Of a stretch of 64,000 nt of DNA, positions 51,337 to 59,135 are shown one piece after another. The translations under genes were made by a program, and so were the position numbers. Position 1 is the first letter of the stretch. Every line of letters begins with the position of its first letter. Source of the stretch: a virus; IMG/VR virus record IMGVR_UViG_3300034062_006954, positions 1 to 64,000 of that record. The stretch is one strand, 5' to 3'. The notes beneath the pieces are model-generated. The model was given only the letters and a program-made list of their open reading frames with translations, had not been told where the DNA came from and did no database searches.

Positions 51337-51624
51337 CTATTTGGATATTTTTTTATAAACAAAAGTTAGTGTGTCTCCAATCTTATACACATCATTTCTT
51401 CTTGTAACAAAAGTTTGACCACAATTAGTTCGATAATGATATCTATTCCCAGGTTCAATAGTGGAGGGAGAATCTGTTACAAACATACTATCAATTACAC
51501 AATGTTTAACAATATCACCTTCCTCAATTTTAAAATCGTTCTTTCGATTTAAAATAGCTATCAATAATGACATTGATAAAAAAAATAGAAATAAAAAAGG
51601 AATTAGATATTTTAAGAAGTTCAT
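51337..51624 (-). CDS. membrane-anchored hypothetical protein
   Basis: N-terminal TM. Confidence 0.6.
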   Translation of the reverse strand: MNFLKYLIPFLFLFFLSMSLLIAILNRKNDFKIEEGDIVKHCVIDSMFVTDSPSTIEPGNRYHYRTNCGQTFVTRRNDVYKIGDTLTFVYKKISK

Positions 51625-52214
51625 AAGTTTTGAATTACCCATTGAGAAAATTTTCTATGACCAGATGCACCAAAATGAATACCATCACCAGTATCTGAAT
51701 ATACCATTGTTGTATCCATTGGAATTATTTTGCAGTTTTTAAGACCAGTTTCAGGATGAACCATTAATTTTTGAAATTCAATGTATCTACCAACACATCT
51801 TTTAGTTGTCGCTTCATCATAAACTGTTCTAGTTGTTACTTGTGCAGGATTAAATCCAACAATGACGACAGGTATAATTTTTCTTCTATTACAAGAATCA
51901 ACCATCCCTTGAATGTTATTTACGGCACCTTGTAAATTTACATAAGAAAAAGCATCATTACAACCCCCATAGATGAAAACATAAGAAAATGATGAATCTT
52001 TTTTGAGATGGTTGTTTAATGCGTTTTTCATATAGTCAGTTCTTACACCACCAACTGAAATGTTTACACTTTGATAACCAAAATGTTTACAAACTTGGTC
52101 TTGCCAACCACCCCTTGCACAAGTTAAACTATCACCAACAAATAATACTCTGAGGGGTGGTGTTGAAAATGATGTTAATAACACCAAAGATAAAAATAAA
52201 AGTAGTTTTTTCAT
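51621..52214 (-). CDS. secreted SGNH/GDSL hydrolase
   Basis: Signal peptide, GDSLT, GGCND, DGIH. Confidence 0.9.
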   Translation of the reverse strand: MKKLLLFLSLVLLTSFSTPPLRVLFVGDSLTCARGGWQDQVCKHFGYQSVNISVGGVRTDYMKNALNNHLKKDSSFSYVFIYGGCNDAFSYVNLQGAVNNIQGMVDSCNRRKIIPVVIVGFNPAQVTTRTVYDEATTKRCVGRYIEFQKLMVHPETGLKNCKIIPMDTTMVYSDTGDGIHFGASGHRKFSQWVIQNL

Positions 52215-52248
52215 AAAATAATTTTTTATTAATATATATCCTAATTTG

Positions 52249-52319
52249 AGCGGATAGTTGGTACTGCCCCAACTTATCTAGTTTGGAAGACTAGAACATT
52301 ACTTTTATGCTATACCCAC
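52249..52319 (-). tRNA. tRNA-Gly(TCC), atypical T-loop
   Basis: CTAGT-CTTCCAA-ACTAG arm, U discriminator, T-loop GGCAGTA. Confidence 0.8.
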
Positions 52320-52332
52320 TGATTATAATATG

Positions 52333-52406
52333 TGGAGGATATCGGCTTTGCTCCGATCACCTCTTGCTTGCAAAACAAGTGCTCTTGCTGAATGAGCTAA
52401 TCCCCC
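52333..52406 (-). tRNA. tRNA-Ala(TGC), atypical T-loop
   Basis: G3.U70 pair, loop TT-TGC-AA, T-loop AGCAAAG. Confidence 0.85.
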
Positions 52407-52412
52407 TTTTAG

Positions 52413-52484
52413 TACACCCACCTAGAATCGAACTAGGAATTTATCTTTAGAAGAGATGAGTTATATCCGTTTAACTATGGGTGC
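52413..52484 (-). tRNA. tRNA-Arg(TCT)
   Basis: Cloverleaf, loop CT-TCT-AA. Confidence 0.88.
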
Positions 52485-52490
52485 ATAATT

Positions 52491-52700
52491 TCCCCACCTT
52501 GAGATTACTGGTGAGTAGTTATTTCGGTTTTCTTGCTTTCAATAAACCTGCGAGGCATCCCTCTTAAAATTAGTCACACATACGAAGGAGGGGGTGTGCA
52601 TCCACCTTTAACCCTAAGATTCGGCATTCCGTTGTCCGAATTGAACGGGTTCATTGTTAAATGAGTCTTGAACCAAAGACTGCTGAGTATCCCTTACTCA
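52491..52700 (-). ncRNA. ca. 210-nt multi-hairpin structured RNA (IMES-1-like by recall, unverified)
   Basis: Higher-GC intergenic tract between tRNAs with at least six short stems. Confidence 0.5.
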
Positions 52701-52703
52701 TTG

Positions 52704-52777
52704 AGCCGACAGAGGGATTCGAACCCACGACCCCGAGATTACAAATCACGTGCTCTGGCCATCTGAGCTATGTCGGC
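52704..52777 (-). tRNA. tRNA-Thr(TGT)
   Basis: Cloverleaf, loop TT-TGT-AA. Confidence 0.92.
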
Positions 52778-52778
52778 A

Positions 52779-53009
52779 TTATTTAAAATTCCAAATACCA
52801 CCTGCTAAACATTTGAAGTCATCGTAACTTGTAACCCTAATTGGGTTGTCTTCATATTTCCATCTTTTACAAGTGATATAGATTTCTCCAAACCATTTAT
52901 TCTTTTTAAGGAAAGTATATATACCATTACGAGATTTAATGTGTATTTTATCCCCATTCTTGAGTTTTTTTAACTCAAATAATCTTTTCTGTTCCTCAAA
53001 TGTTTGCAT
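52779..53009 (-). CDS. hypothetical protein
   Basis: Start MQTFEEQ, between tRNAs. Confidence 0.6.
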   Translation of the reverse strand: MQTFEEQKRLFELKKLKNGDKIHIKSRNGIYTFLKKNKWFGEIYITCKRWKYEDNPIRVTSYDDFKCLAGGIWNFK

Positions 53010-53024
53010 ATGATAATTTGTTAG

Positions 53025-53099
53025 ATGCAAGAGCGGGAGTCGAACCCGCATGGTACGGCTTATGAGACCGAGCTGGAACCACTTCCAGTCCATCTTGCA
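53025..53099 (-). tRNA. tRNA-CAT (Met or Ile2)
   Basis: Cloverleaf, loop CT-CAT-AA. Confidence 0.85.
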
Positions 53100-53108
53100 A
53101 TGCGTTTG

Positions 53109-53180
53109 ACGCAAAGGAAGGAATCGAACCTACTACCTTTGGGTTATGAGCCCAATGTGCAACCACTACACTTCTTTGCA
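53109..53180 (-). tRNA. tRNA-CAT, initiator-like (fMet)
   Basis: GGG/CCC run in anticodon stem, weak U.G first pair. Confidence 0.85.
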
Positions 53181-53190
53181 TAATGTTTAG

Positions 53191-53322
53191 TTGATTAATA
53201 AGGAATCGAACCTTAATCCCCAGTCCCTTATTCCTATCGTCACCCGCTATTGTCTCCTATTAGGGATATCGTTGCAGGTTATTGTCAGCCAGGGGGACTA
53301 TGTGCCCACTACACCATAATCA
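53191..53322 (-). ncRNA. tRNA-like RNA with greatly extended anticodon arm
   Basis: TGATTA/TAATCA acceptor, D-arm, TAAGG-TTCGATT-CCTTA T-arm, ca. 66-nt insert in place of anticodon loop. Confidence 0.7.
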
Positions 53323-53372
53323 TTCGAGAGTTTCGAACCTCTCAGCCACAGATTAATTACTTCTGTGATTTG

Positions 53373-53444
53373 TATTCCGTATGGGATTCGAACCCATGAC
53401 TGGTCATAGAAAGTGACCCGTGATAACCCCTTCACTAACGGAAC
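53373..53444 (-). tRNA. tRNA-Glu(TTC)
   Basis: Cloverleaf, loop CT-TTC-TA. Confidence 0.9.
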
Positions 53445-53453
53445 ATATTATAA

Positions 53454-53609
53454 TTAAATTCTTGGTAAAACTTTAGCCAACTTTCTTTTTTTCTCAATTT
53501 TTAGTTTAGCTTGGGTTTCAGCTTCTTCTTGAGAAACTTTAACAACATTGAGATAAAATTCGTAGGTAGCTTTGTAAAGGACTTTTTCCGCACCAATTAA
53601 GTTTTCCAT
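53454..53609 (-). CDS. 51-aa hypothetical protein (not in ORF track)
   Basis: MENLIGAEKVLYKATYEFY..., downstream of repeat copy 1. Confidence 0.55.
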   Translation of the reverse strand: MENLIGAEKVLYKATYEFYLNVVKVSQEEAETQAKLKIEKKRKLAKVLPRI

Positions 53610-53692
53610 TTTGATTTGTTTTTGTGTGTTAATAAATCTTACATTACTATAAACCTTTCATCTCATCATTTAGTTCCAAGGTTTAAAACTTT

Positions 53693-53833
53693 TTAATTAT
53701 TAAGTTCATTAACACATATCTTCTTGGCCTCCTGTCTCGCAGCTTTCTTAGCCGCTTTAGCACCTTTAATCCAAGTAGAAAAAAGCTGTCTCAAATCACC
53801 AACTCTCTCAGTTTTATTAGAATACGCTTTCAT
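53693..53833 (-). CDS. 46-aa basic hypothetical protein
   Basis: Start MKAYSNK downstream of repeat copy 2. Confidence 0.55.
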   Translation of the reverse strand: MKAYSNKTERVGDLRQLFSTWIKGAKAAKKAARQEAKKICVNELNN

Positions 53834-53922
53834 AGTTTTTAAATTTTGTGTTTTTAATAATCTTATATTACTATAAACCATTTTACCTTTCATTTAGTTC
53901 CAAGAACTAAAACTTTTTTTTG

Positions 53923-54030
53923 TTGTCAGGACAGGATTCGAACCTATATCCCTAAGGTTGTTTAAAGAATACTATTCTCCCTTAGACGTTACTCTATTGT
54001 GGTATTCATTCCCACTTACGCCACCTGACT
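53923..54030 (-). ncRNA. tRNA-like RNA with expanded D-loop and no canonical anticodon loop
   Basis: GTCAGG/CCTGAC acceptor, ATAGG-TTCGAAT-CCTGT T-arm, extra hairpins in D and anticodon arms. Confidence 0.7.
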
Positions 54031-54163
54031 AAAGTTGTATAGTAGTTTTCAAATTAGGCATTCATATCTTTTACATAAAAGCTTGGATACGGCTTACTGA
54101 TACAACTATTATTTAAACCATTTTACCTTTCATTTAGTTCTAAGGTTTAGAACTTTTTTTTTG

Positions 54164-54249
54164 TGGGTGCCGAGGGATTCGAACCCCCAAGTTTAGCACA
54201 TAGCAACTGATTTACAGTCAGCCTCCTTCACCAATTTGGATAGACACCC
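54164..54249 (-). tRNA. tRNA-Tyr(GTA)
   Basis: Cloverleaf with long variable arm, loop CT-GTA-AA. Confidence 0.92.
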
Positions 54250-54258
54250 TTGTTATTG

Positions 54259-54342
54259 TACCCAGGGCGGGACTCGAACCCGCACGGACATTCTGTCCAC
54301 AAGATTTTAAGTCTTGCGTGGCTACCATTACACCACCTAGGC
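54259..54342 (-). tRNA. tRNA-Leu(TAA)
   Basis: Cloverleaf, loop CT-TAA-AA. Confidence 0.93.
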
Positions 54343-54526
54343 TGATATCTTACATTTGTTATTATGAATATCAAGTCACAATAATATAGCTTATGTTATT
54401 TTCGTCCATTCTCATTGACAATAAGCAAACTCCTAAGAATGTAAGTCACATCTTAATCTTGTGACATAGATATAATTTAAACCTTTTTTCTTTTCATTTA
54501 GTTCCAAGAACTAAAACTTTTTTTTG

Positions 54527-54600
54527 CGAGCTATAGGGGATTTGAACCCCTGATCTCCACCGTGACAGGGTGGCATGTTCGACCTCTACACCAATAGCTC
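54527..54600 (-). tRNA. tRNA-Asp(GTC)
   Basis: Cloverleaf, loop CT-GTC-AC. Confidence 0.93.
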
Positions 54601-54638
54601 TTTTGTTTTAATTTCCCCCTCTATGTCAATGAACTCCA

Positions 54639-54669
54639 CAAAGTTAAACAATCTCACCCAATTTTCCAA
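54639..54669 (-). promoter_or_regulatory. Bacteroidota-type promoter for tRNA sub-cluster
   Basis: TTG-N20-TAACTTTG. Confidence 0.55.
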
Positions 54670-55133
54670 GCACCAAAGATAACTTTTTTTCTTTGCGTTG
54701 CATCTTCAGGATTTCCGATTACAACTCCATCTTTAATTGTAAAGGCGTGTCCTTTTACTGTTACCATATAAGTTCCTTTTGAATATTTTTCAAGAAACTT
54801 AGCCGTAGTCATATTTCTTAAGGTTCTTTTACCTTTTACCTCAACCCAATACATCATCATTACATCATTTGTAATTGGTTTTACACCTTTACGATTGAAC
54901 TTTATCTGTTTTGACGCAAGTGCATTCATTGTCAAACTGAAATGTAATGTACCTTGTCCATTCTTTCTTCCAAAAACCTCACCCACTTTTTTATGGGCAT
55001 AGTCGTAAGTAACTCCAAACGCAGATGCAAAAGATCTAACAACGCAATCATTTCTTTCACTTTCCGCAAGTTTTGATTCAGCAATACCTTTGATGGCAAC
55101 TGAAGACGATATGTATGGTGTTTTTGTTCTCAT
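54654..55133 (-). CDS. hypothetical protein with possible Cys-His papain-like dyad
   Basis: NDCVVRSFA ... GHAFTIKDG. Confidence 0.6.
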   Translation of the reverse strand: MRTKTPYISSSVAIKGIAESKLAESERNDCVVRSFASAFGVTYDYAHKKVGEVFGRKNGQGTLHFSLTMNALASKQIKFNRKGVKPITNDVMMMYWVEVKGKRTLRNMTTAKFLEKYSKGTYMVTVKGHAFTIKDGVVIGNPEDATQRKKVIFGAWKIG

Positions 55134-55137
55134 ACTA

Positions 55138-55168
55138 CAAAGTTACAAAACCATTTCTAATTTCCAAA
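55138..55168 (-). promoter_or_regulatory. Bacteroidota-type promoter, likely giving a leaderless mRNA
   Basis: TTTG-N19-TAACTTTG ending 4 nt before ATG at 55133. Confidence 0.7.
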
Positions 55169-55177
55169 CTTTGAGAC

Positions 55178-55214
55178 AAAAAAAAATCCATCTTTTTTTT
55201 AGGAAGATGGATTT
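55178..55214 (-). terminator. intrinsic terminator after 23-codon ORF
   Basis: AAATCCATCTT/AAGATGGATTT stem with T-run. Confidence 0.8.
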
Positions 55215-55370
55215 GACATTATTAACACTCAAAACTAAGTTTACACCATCTCCATCCGAGGATTTCTACCCTCAGCTCCAGTTGTTAAGTCCATATAGAG
55301 ATTGTGTTTCATTGAAATTCTTACTATTTTTAATTAAATATAATGATATAACGAAAAGATGTCAAGTTTG

Positions 55371-55682
55371 TTACAAAAAATGTGAAATAATTTGAGCAAC
55401 TTTATAACCTGTAAATGCCCCCAATGCCGCAGAACCTGGCAATACAACAAATTTCCCCAAATTACTTTCATATTTAGCACGATTTACAATTATCGAGATT
55501 AATATGTAATATAAGAAAAAGTTAATAAGAACGGCCAAATCAATTTCTTTTGACATAAAGACAACTATTGAATTACCAAAAAATCCCCAACAAAAATTTA
55601 TTAGAGTTTCTCTTAATAACTCAGATACTGAAGTTTTGGCATCAGCAACCTTTATTTCTTTTGTGAATAAATTCTTTTTCAT
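55371..55682 (-). CDS. three-TM membrane protein
   Basis: Three hydrophobic segments. Confidence 0.7.
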   Translation of the reverse strand: MKKNLFTKEIKVADAKTSVSELLRETLINFCWGFFGNSIVVFMSKEIDLAVLINFFLYYILISIIVNRAKYESNLGKFVVLPGSAALGAFTGYKVAQIISHFL

Positions 55683-56188
55683 TCTAATAAATCATTAAAT
55701 CCATTATTATTTAAGAAATCGTTGTCCTCATCAATTTCCCTCAATTCATATTCAAAACTACTTACATTACAAATTACACCATCAACAAATGTTTCATAGA
55801 TATAATCAAAATTTTCAGGTGTTAGTTGTACTTTTTCTTTATTAAATAAAGAAAATAATTCTTTTGAATTTTTATATAGATTTGGATATGTGTATTTTTT
55901 TAAAATACCATCCATTTCAAGGTATTCATTCTTTTTATAAAATTCTCCATTTAAAACCAATATGTCAATAAATTCCCATTCATTCAAAACCATCATAATA
56001 AAGGTTTTCATTCCTTGCATACAAGCATTTCTATAATCTTCATAATAGTCTCCAATACCAAGACCATCAACACCAACCTCATCAGCTTGATTCTCCATTT
56101 TGGCGATAACATCTAAAGCCATCAATTGTAATTCTTCCCAACTTGTATCGTATTTTTTATAAAAATTTATAATAATCATTTGACTCAT
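55679..56188 (-). CDS. hypothetical protein
   Basis: Coupled ORF. Confidence 0.65.
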   Translation of the reverse strand: MSQMIIINFYKKYDTSWEELQLMALDVIAKMENQADEVGVDGLGIGDYYEDYRNACMQGMKTFIMMVLNEWEFIDILVLNGEFYKKNEYLEMDGILKKYTYPNLYKNSKELFSLFNKEKVQLTPENFDYIYETFVDGVICNVSSFEYELREIDEDNDFLNNNGFNDLLE

Positions 56189-56194
56189 TTTTAT

Positions 56195-56827
56195 TTATTG
56201 ATTTGCATAATACATTTTATCATTATCCTCCGTTGCCCACTTTTCAGTTGTTTCACAATTCCAAAGTTTATCATTAACTAAATAATCAGGTTTTTCTGGG
56301 AATGGTTTTGTCACAAAACTCGCTTCAACCCATCTTATCCTATTATTAGGTTGAAGTGCAATTTGACCATTATTCAACAAAATTATGTGGTGTGATTTAT
56401 GTTCCGTAGGATCTTCGGCCAAACTCAAATTTGTGTTTAAATCATTTGAACCCCAATTAATCGTAGCAAAATAATTCCCATCAACCCATTTTTTATTTTT
56501 CATAAAAACACTCACAGGAGCATTTGGTAAATAATTAAGTTGAATTAAAGAAAAATTATAAGAGAATGAATTCCATATTTGTAAATAATGAAATGGGAAA
56601 TCAGGGTCAGGTAATTTAGGTTCTGTCAATAATGCGTGTGATGGTAATTTATCCCTCATAACACCATTGTTTAAAAGAACTTGAAATAATGTTGCTTGCC
56701 CTGGTAAACATCTTATCGAAACAATTACACCCTCAGTGAATTCACCAAGTCCCTTTTGGTGCTGATACATATATTCATTTCGAACATAAACTTTAAGTGG
56801 GAAAAAATTACTTTCAATATATGCCAT
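56195..56827 (-). CDS. conserved hypothetical phage protein
   Basis: EHKSHHIILLNNGQIALQPNNRI motif. Confidence 0.75.
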   Translation of the reverse strand: MAYIESNFFPLKVYVRNEYMYQHQKGLGEFTEGVIVSIRCLPGQATLFQVLLNNGVMRDKLPSHALLTEPKLPDPDFPFHYLQIWNSFSYNFSLIQLNYLPNAPVSVFMKNKKWVDGNYFATINWGSNDLNTNLSLAEDPTEHKSHHIILLNNGQIALQPNNRIRWVEASFVTKPFPEKPDYLVNDKLWNCETTEKWATEDNDKMYYANQ

Positions 56828-56829
56828 AA

Positions 56830-57153
56830 TTAATTTGTTGGTATGTCATTTGAGCCATACTCTCTTATTAAATAGTCGGTAAAATTTTCTACACTTTCAA
56901 CATCAAACTCAACTTCCTCATGCCATATTTTTTTATCAACATCATCATATAACCACCAACCAACTAAGTCCTGAATCCATCCGAATTGTTCGTCTTGTTT
57001 TTTTCTGAGGAGTGTCGGAATACTTTTTTCAAGTTGTGAACTGGTGTTGTCAAACTCAAGTAAATCAATTCCCAAGCTATAGAGAGAATGTATCTTTTCA
57101 TCGTACTCCTTTATTTTTAATAATGTCTCGATTATGTAATCCCTTACCATCAT
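56830..57153 (-). CDS. hypothetical protein
   Basis: DLVGWWLYD motif. Confidence 0.7.
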   Translation of the reverse strand: MMVRDYIIETLLKIKEYDEKIHSLYSLGIDLLEFDNTSSQLEKSIPTLLRKKQDEQFGWIQDLVGWWLYDDVDKKIWHEEVEFDVESVENFTDYLIREYGSNDIPTN

Positions 57154-57181
57154 AAGTAGTTTAAATGTGAATTAAAATTTG

Positions 57182-57256
57182 CGGGAGCAATAGGACTCGA
57201 ACCTATAACCTGTGGTTTTGGAGACCACCACTCTATTCCAATTGAGCTATACTCCC
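57182..57256 (-). tRNA. tRNA-Trp(CCA)
   Basis: Cloverleaf, loop CT-CCA-AA. Confidence 0.92.
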
Positions 57257-57261
57257 ATTGT

Positions 57262-57336
57262 TGGAGGTCGGGGTGTGAATCGAACACACATAAAAGGGTT
57301 TGCAATCCTCCACATAAACCACTCTGTCACCCGACC
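57262..57336 (-). tRNA. tRNA-Cys(GCA), CCA encoded
   Basis: Cloverleaf, loop TT-GCA-AA, U discriminator. Confidence 0.88.
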
Positions 57337-57511
57337 TTGATATTTCTTTTTAATCCCCCAACTTCACCCCACTCGTCAGTGGGGGATTGGTCAGGTTAAG
57401 TCCTACAACTTATACCTTGGGCTATTCGTTCATGGACAAAAAGACCACTGAAGTGTGCTGTTCTATTGAGAAGCATCGTGGTACTATTATATTTATAAAA
57501 ACAAAATTTGT

Positions 57512-57754
57512 ATGACAATAATAATACCAATTGAAGAATTAGAAAATGATTATCAAAAAAATTGGAAACTTGAAAAAATTAAAGGTGTATCAATTGATTA
57601 CGCAACAAATTCTATTAATGGTTTTTTTGAAGATACTGAATTAATCTTATTTAAGTTCAAAGATTATGGTTTTATTCATGATAATAGATTTAATACGTAT
57701 CAAATATCCATAGGACCCGCAGGTATTTTAATCCAAGTTAAAAAAACAAGGTGA
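57512..57754 (+). CDS. hypothetical protein antisense to tRNA array
   Basis: ATATTTAT upstream; stop overlaps 3' end of tRNA-Lys. Confidence 0.65.
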   Translation: MTIIIPIEELENDYQKNWKLEKIKGVSIDYATNSINGFFEDTELILFKFKDYGFIHDNRFNTYQISIGPAGILIQVKKTR

Positions 57755-57826
57755 CCCTGGTGAGATTCGAACTCACGCTCCCTATATTAAAAGTATAGTG
57801 CTTTAAACCAACTAAGCCACAGGGTC
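57752..57826 (-). tRNA. tRNA-Lys(TTT)
   Basis: Cloverleaf, loop CT-TTT-AA. Confidence 0.92.
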
Positions 57827-57831
57827 AATAA

Positions 57832-58134
57832 TTAAAATTTTCTATTTGGATTCATTCCTCGTTTGAAATTCACACATAATCTATCTTTATCATCAAAGAA
57901 AGTATTGACCATTGGTGTACCCAACTTAATACCACATCCATCAGGTGAAAAACTACATAAACTTCTTGCTTTACCATCTAAATTAACAGCCTCCAATAAT
58001 CTCCACTCAATACCTGTTTCAACATCGTAAACATAATCACCATCTCTTAATACATAATGTTGATTAAATTTGTTTCGTAATGATTCGTAAAACTTTGCCG
58101 ACATCATATTTGACATTAAAAGTATTTTTAACAT
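57832..58134 (-). CDS. hypothetical protein
   Basis: ORF between tRNAs. Confidence 0.6.
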   Translation of the reverse strand: MLKILLMSNMMSAKFYESLRNKFNQHYVLRDGDYVYDVETGIEWRLLEAVNLDGKARSLCSFSPDGCGIKLGTPMVNTFFDDKDRLCVNFKRGMNPNRKF

Positions 58135-58152
58135 AATTTAAGTTTTTGATAA

Positions 58153-58365
58153 TTAATTGATTCTTGTAATGTTCCCAAATTTACATAAAAGATTCATATA
58201 TTTTATTTTTTCCATCAAATAATTTTGATTTTTATCTAATAAAATAACTACTTCCATATCAACAATTGCTCTTACCTGAACCTCCTTATTGTTCGGATTA
58301 TTATCACCAAAATCAATAATTAATTCATCACCTACTTTGTATTCACCAATTTTTACTATTTCCAT
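58153..58365 (-). CDS. hypothetical protein
   Basis: ORF between tRNAs. Confidence 0.6.
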   Translation of the reverse strand: MEIVKIGEYKVGDELIIDFGDNNPNNKEVQVRAIVDMEVVILLDKNQNYLMEKIKYMNLLCKFGNITRIN

Positions 58366-58381
58366 ATTATTAATATTTTTG

Positions 58382-58456
58382 TTGTTCCGGTGGGGCTCGA
58401 ACCCACGACTTTTCGCGTATCAGACGAATACTCTAAACCAACTGAGTTACGGAACA
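58382..58456 (-). tRNA. tRNA-Ile(GAT)
   Basis: Cloverleaf, loop CT-GAT-AC. Confidence 0.9.
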
Positions 58457-58463
58457 ATGTTTG

Positions 58464-58537
58464 TGGTTCTACCAAGACTCGAACTTGGAACCCCTCCGTT
58501 ATGAGCGGAAAGCTCTAACCACTTGAGCTATAGAACC
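58464..58537 (-). tRNA. tRNA-CAT (Ile2 or Met)
   Basis: Cloverleaf, loop CT-CAT-AA. Confidence 0.88.
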
Positions 58538-58544
58538 TATTGTG

Positions 58545-58617
58545 TATGGGTGACAGGACTTGAACCTGCGACCACTAGTTCCCAAAACTAGCACTCTACC
58601 AACTGAGCTACACCCAT
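58545..58617 (-). tRNA. tRNA-Pro(TGG)
   Basis: Cloverleaf, loop TT-TGG-GA. Confidence 0.9.
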
Positions 58618-58620
58618 ATA

Positions 58621-58770
58621 TTAAACAATCAAACCATAAATAAATCCAATCAAAACAACAATCAGAAGAATTAAACCAATCAAGAAAAAATCAGAATTCT
58701 TTTCAAAAAAAGATAGAATTATAAGAATTAACCCAATTATAAAAAATAAAGTTCCAATAAATAATAACAT
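58621..58770 (-). CDS. 49-aa two-TM membrane protein (not in ORF track)
   Basis: MLLFIGTLFFIIGLILIILSFFEKNSDFFLIGLILLIVVLIGFIYGLIV. Confidence 0.55.
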   Translation of the reverse strand: MLLFIGTLFFIIGLILIILSFFEKNSDFFLIGLILLIVVLIGFIYGLIV

Positions 58771-58786
58771 AATTTAAGTTTTTTTG

Positions 58787-58871
58787 CGGAGAACAGAGGA
58801 CACGATCCCCACACCATAATTAGTGCCACATGCTTAGCAGGCAGTGATGACTCCTCGTCATTTTATTCTCC
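58787..58871 (-). tRNA. tRNA-Ser(GCT), atypical T-loop
   Basis: Loop CT-GCT-AA, long variable arm, GGATCGTG in T-arm. Confidence 0.75.
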
Positions 58872-58881
58872 AAAGTTAATG

Positions 58882-58954
58882 TTGTCCCACTCTGACTCGA
58901 ACAGAGATTTTATCGTCCGTAGCGATAGGTTCTAATCCATTGAACTATAGGACA
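58882..58954 (-). tRNA. tRNA-Arg(ACG)
   Basis: Cloverleaf, loop CT-ACG-GA. Confidence 0.9.
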
Positions 58955-58959
58955 AGTTG

Positions 58960-59031
58960 CGTCCCCACCTGGACTCGAACCAGGAATACTTGATTAACAG
59001 TCAAGTGTGATTGCCTTTTCACCATAGAGAC
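58960..59031 (-). tRNA. tRNA-Asn(GTT)
   Basis: Cloverleaf, loop CT-GTT-AA. Confidence 0.9.
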
Positions 59032-59042
59032 ATTGTATTGGG

Positions 59043-59125
59043 CGGAAGAGAAGGGAATCGAACCCCCAAAGCCATTACGCTCAGCTGTTTTCAAGACAGT
59101 GTCCTCGTCCATTCGGACCTCTTCC
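59043..59125 (-). tRNA. tRNA-Ser(TGA)
   Basis: Loop CT-TGA-AA, long variable arm. Confidence 0.88.
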
Positions 59126-59135
59126 GTATAGTTTG

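Larger units (their letters stand above)
53643..54525 (-). repeat. four dispersed ca. 50-bp repeats (53643..53694, 53867..53921, 54111..54162, 54475..54525), promoter/operator-like
   Basis: Shared TAAACC...TCATTTAGTTC(C/T)AAG...AACTTTTT on plus strand. Confidence 0.85.

Noticed and set aside
52384-52392. TTCAGCAA in the tRNA-Ala D-loop matching the CAGCAA motif
   Set aside because: Lacks the closing-stem context of the three units; likely chance
53643-54525. Possible CRISPR array
   Set aside because: Repeats are degenerate, spacing is irregular (ca. 220-360 bp) and the intervals hold tRNAs and ORFs; no cas genes
57365-57400. Hammerhead ribozyme suggested by CTGACGA on the minus strand
   Set aside because: No properly placed stem II and GAAA core could be built
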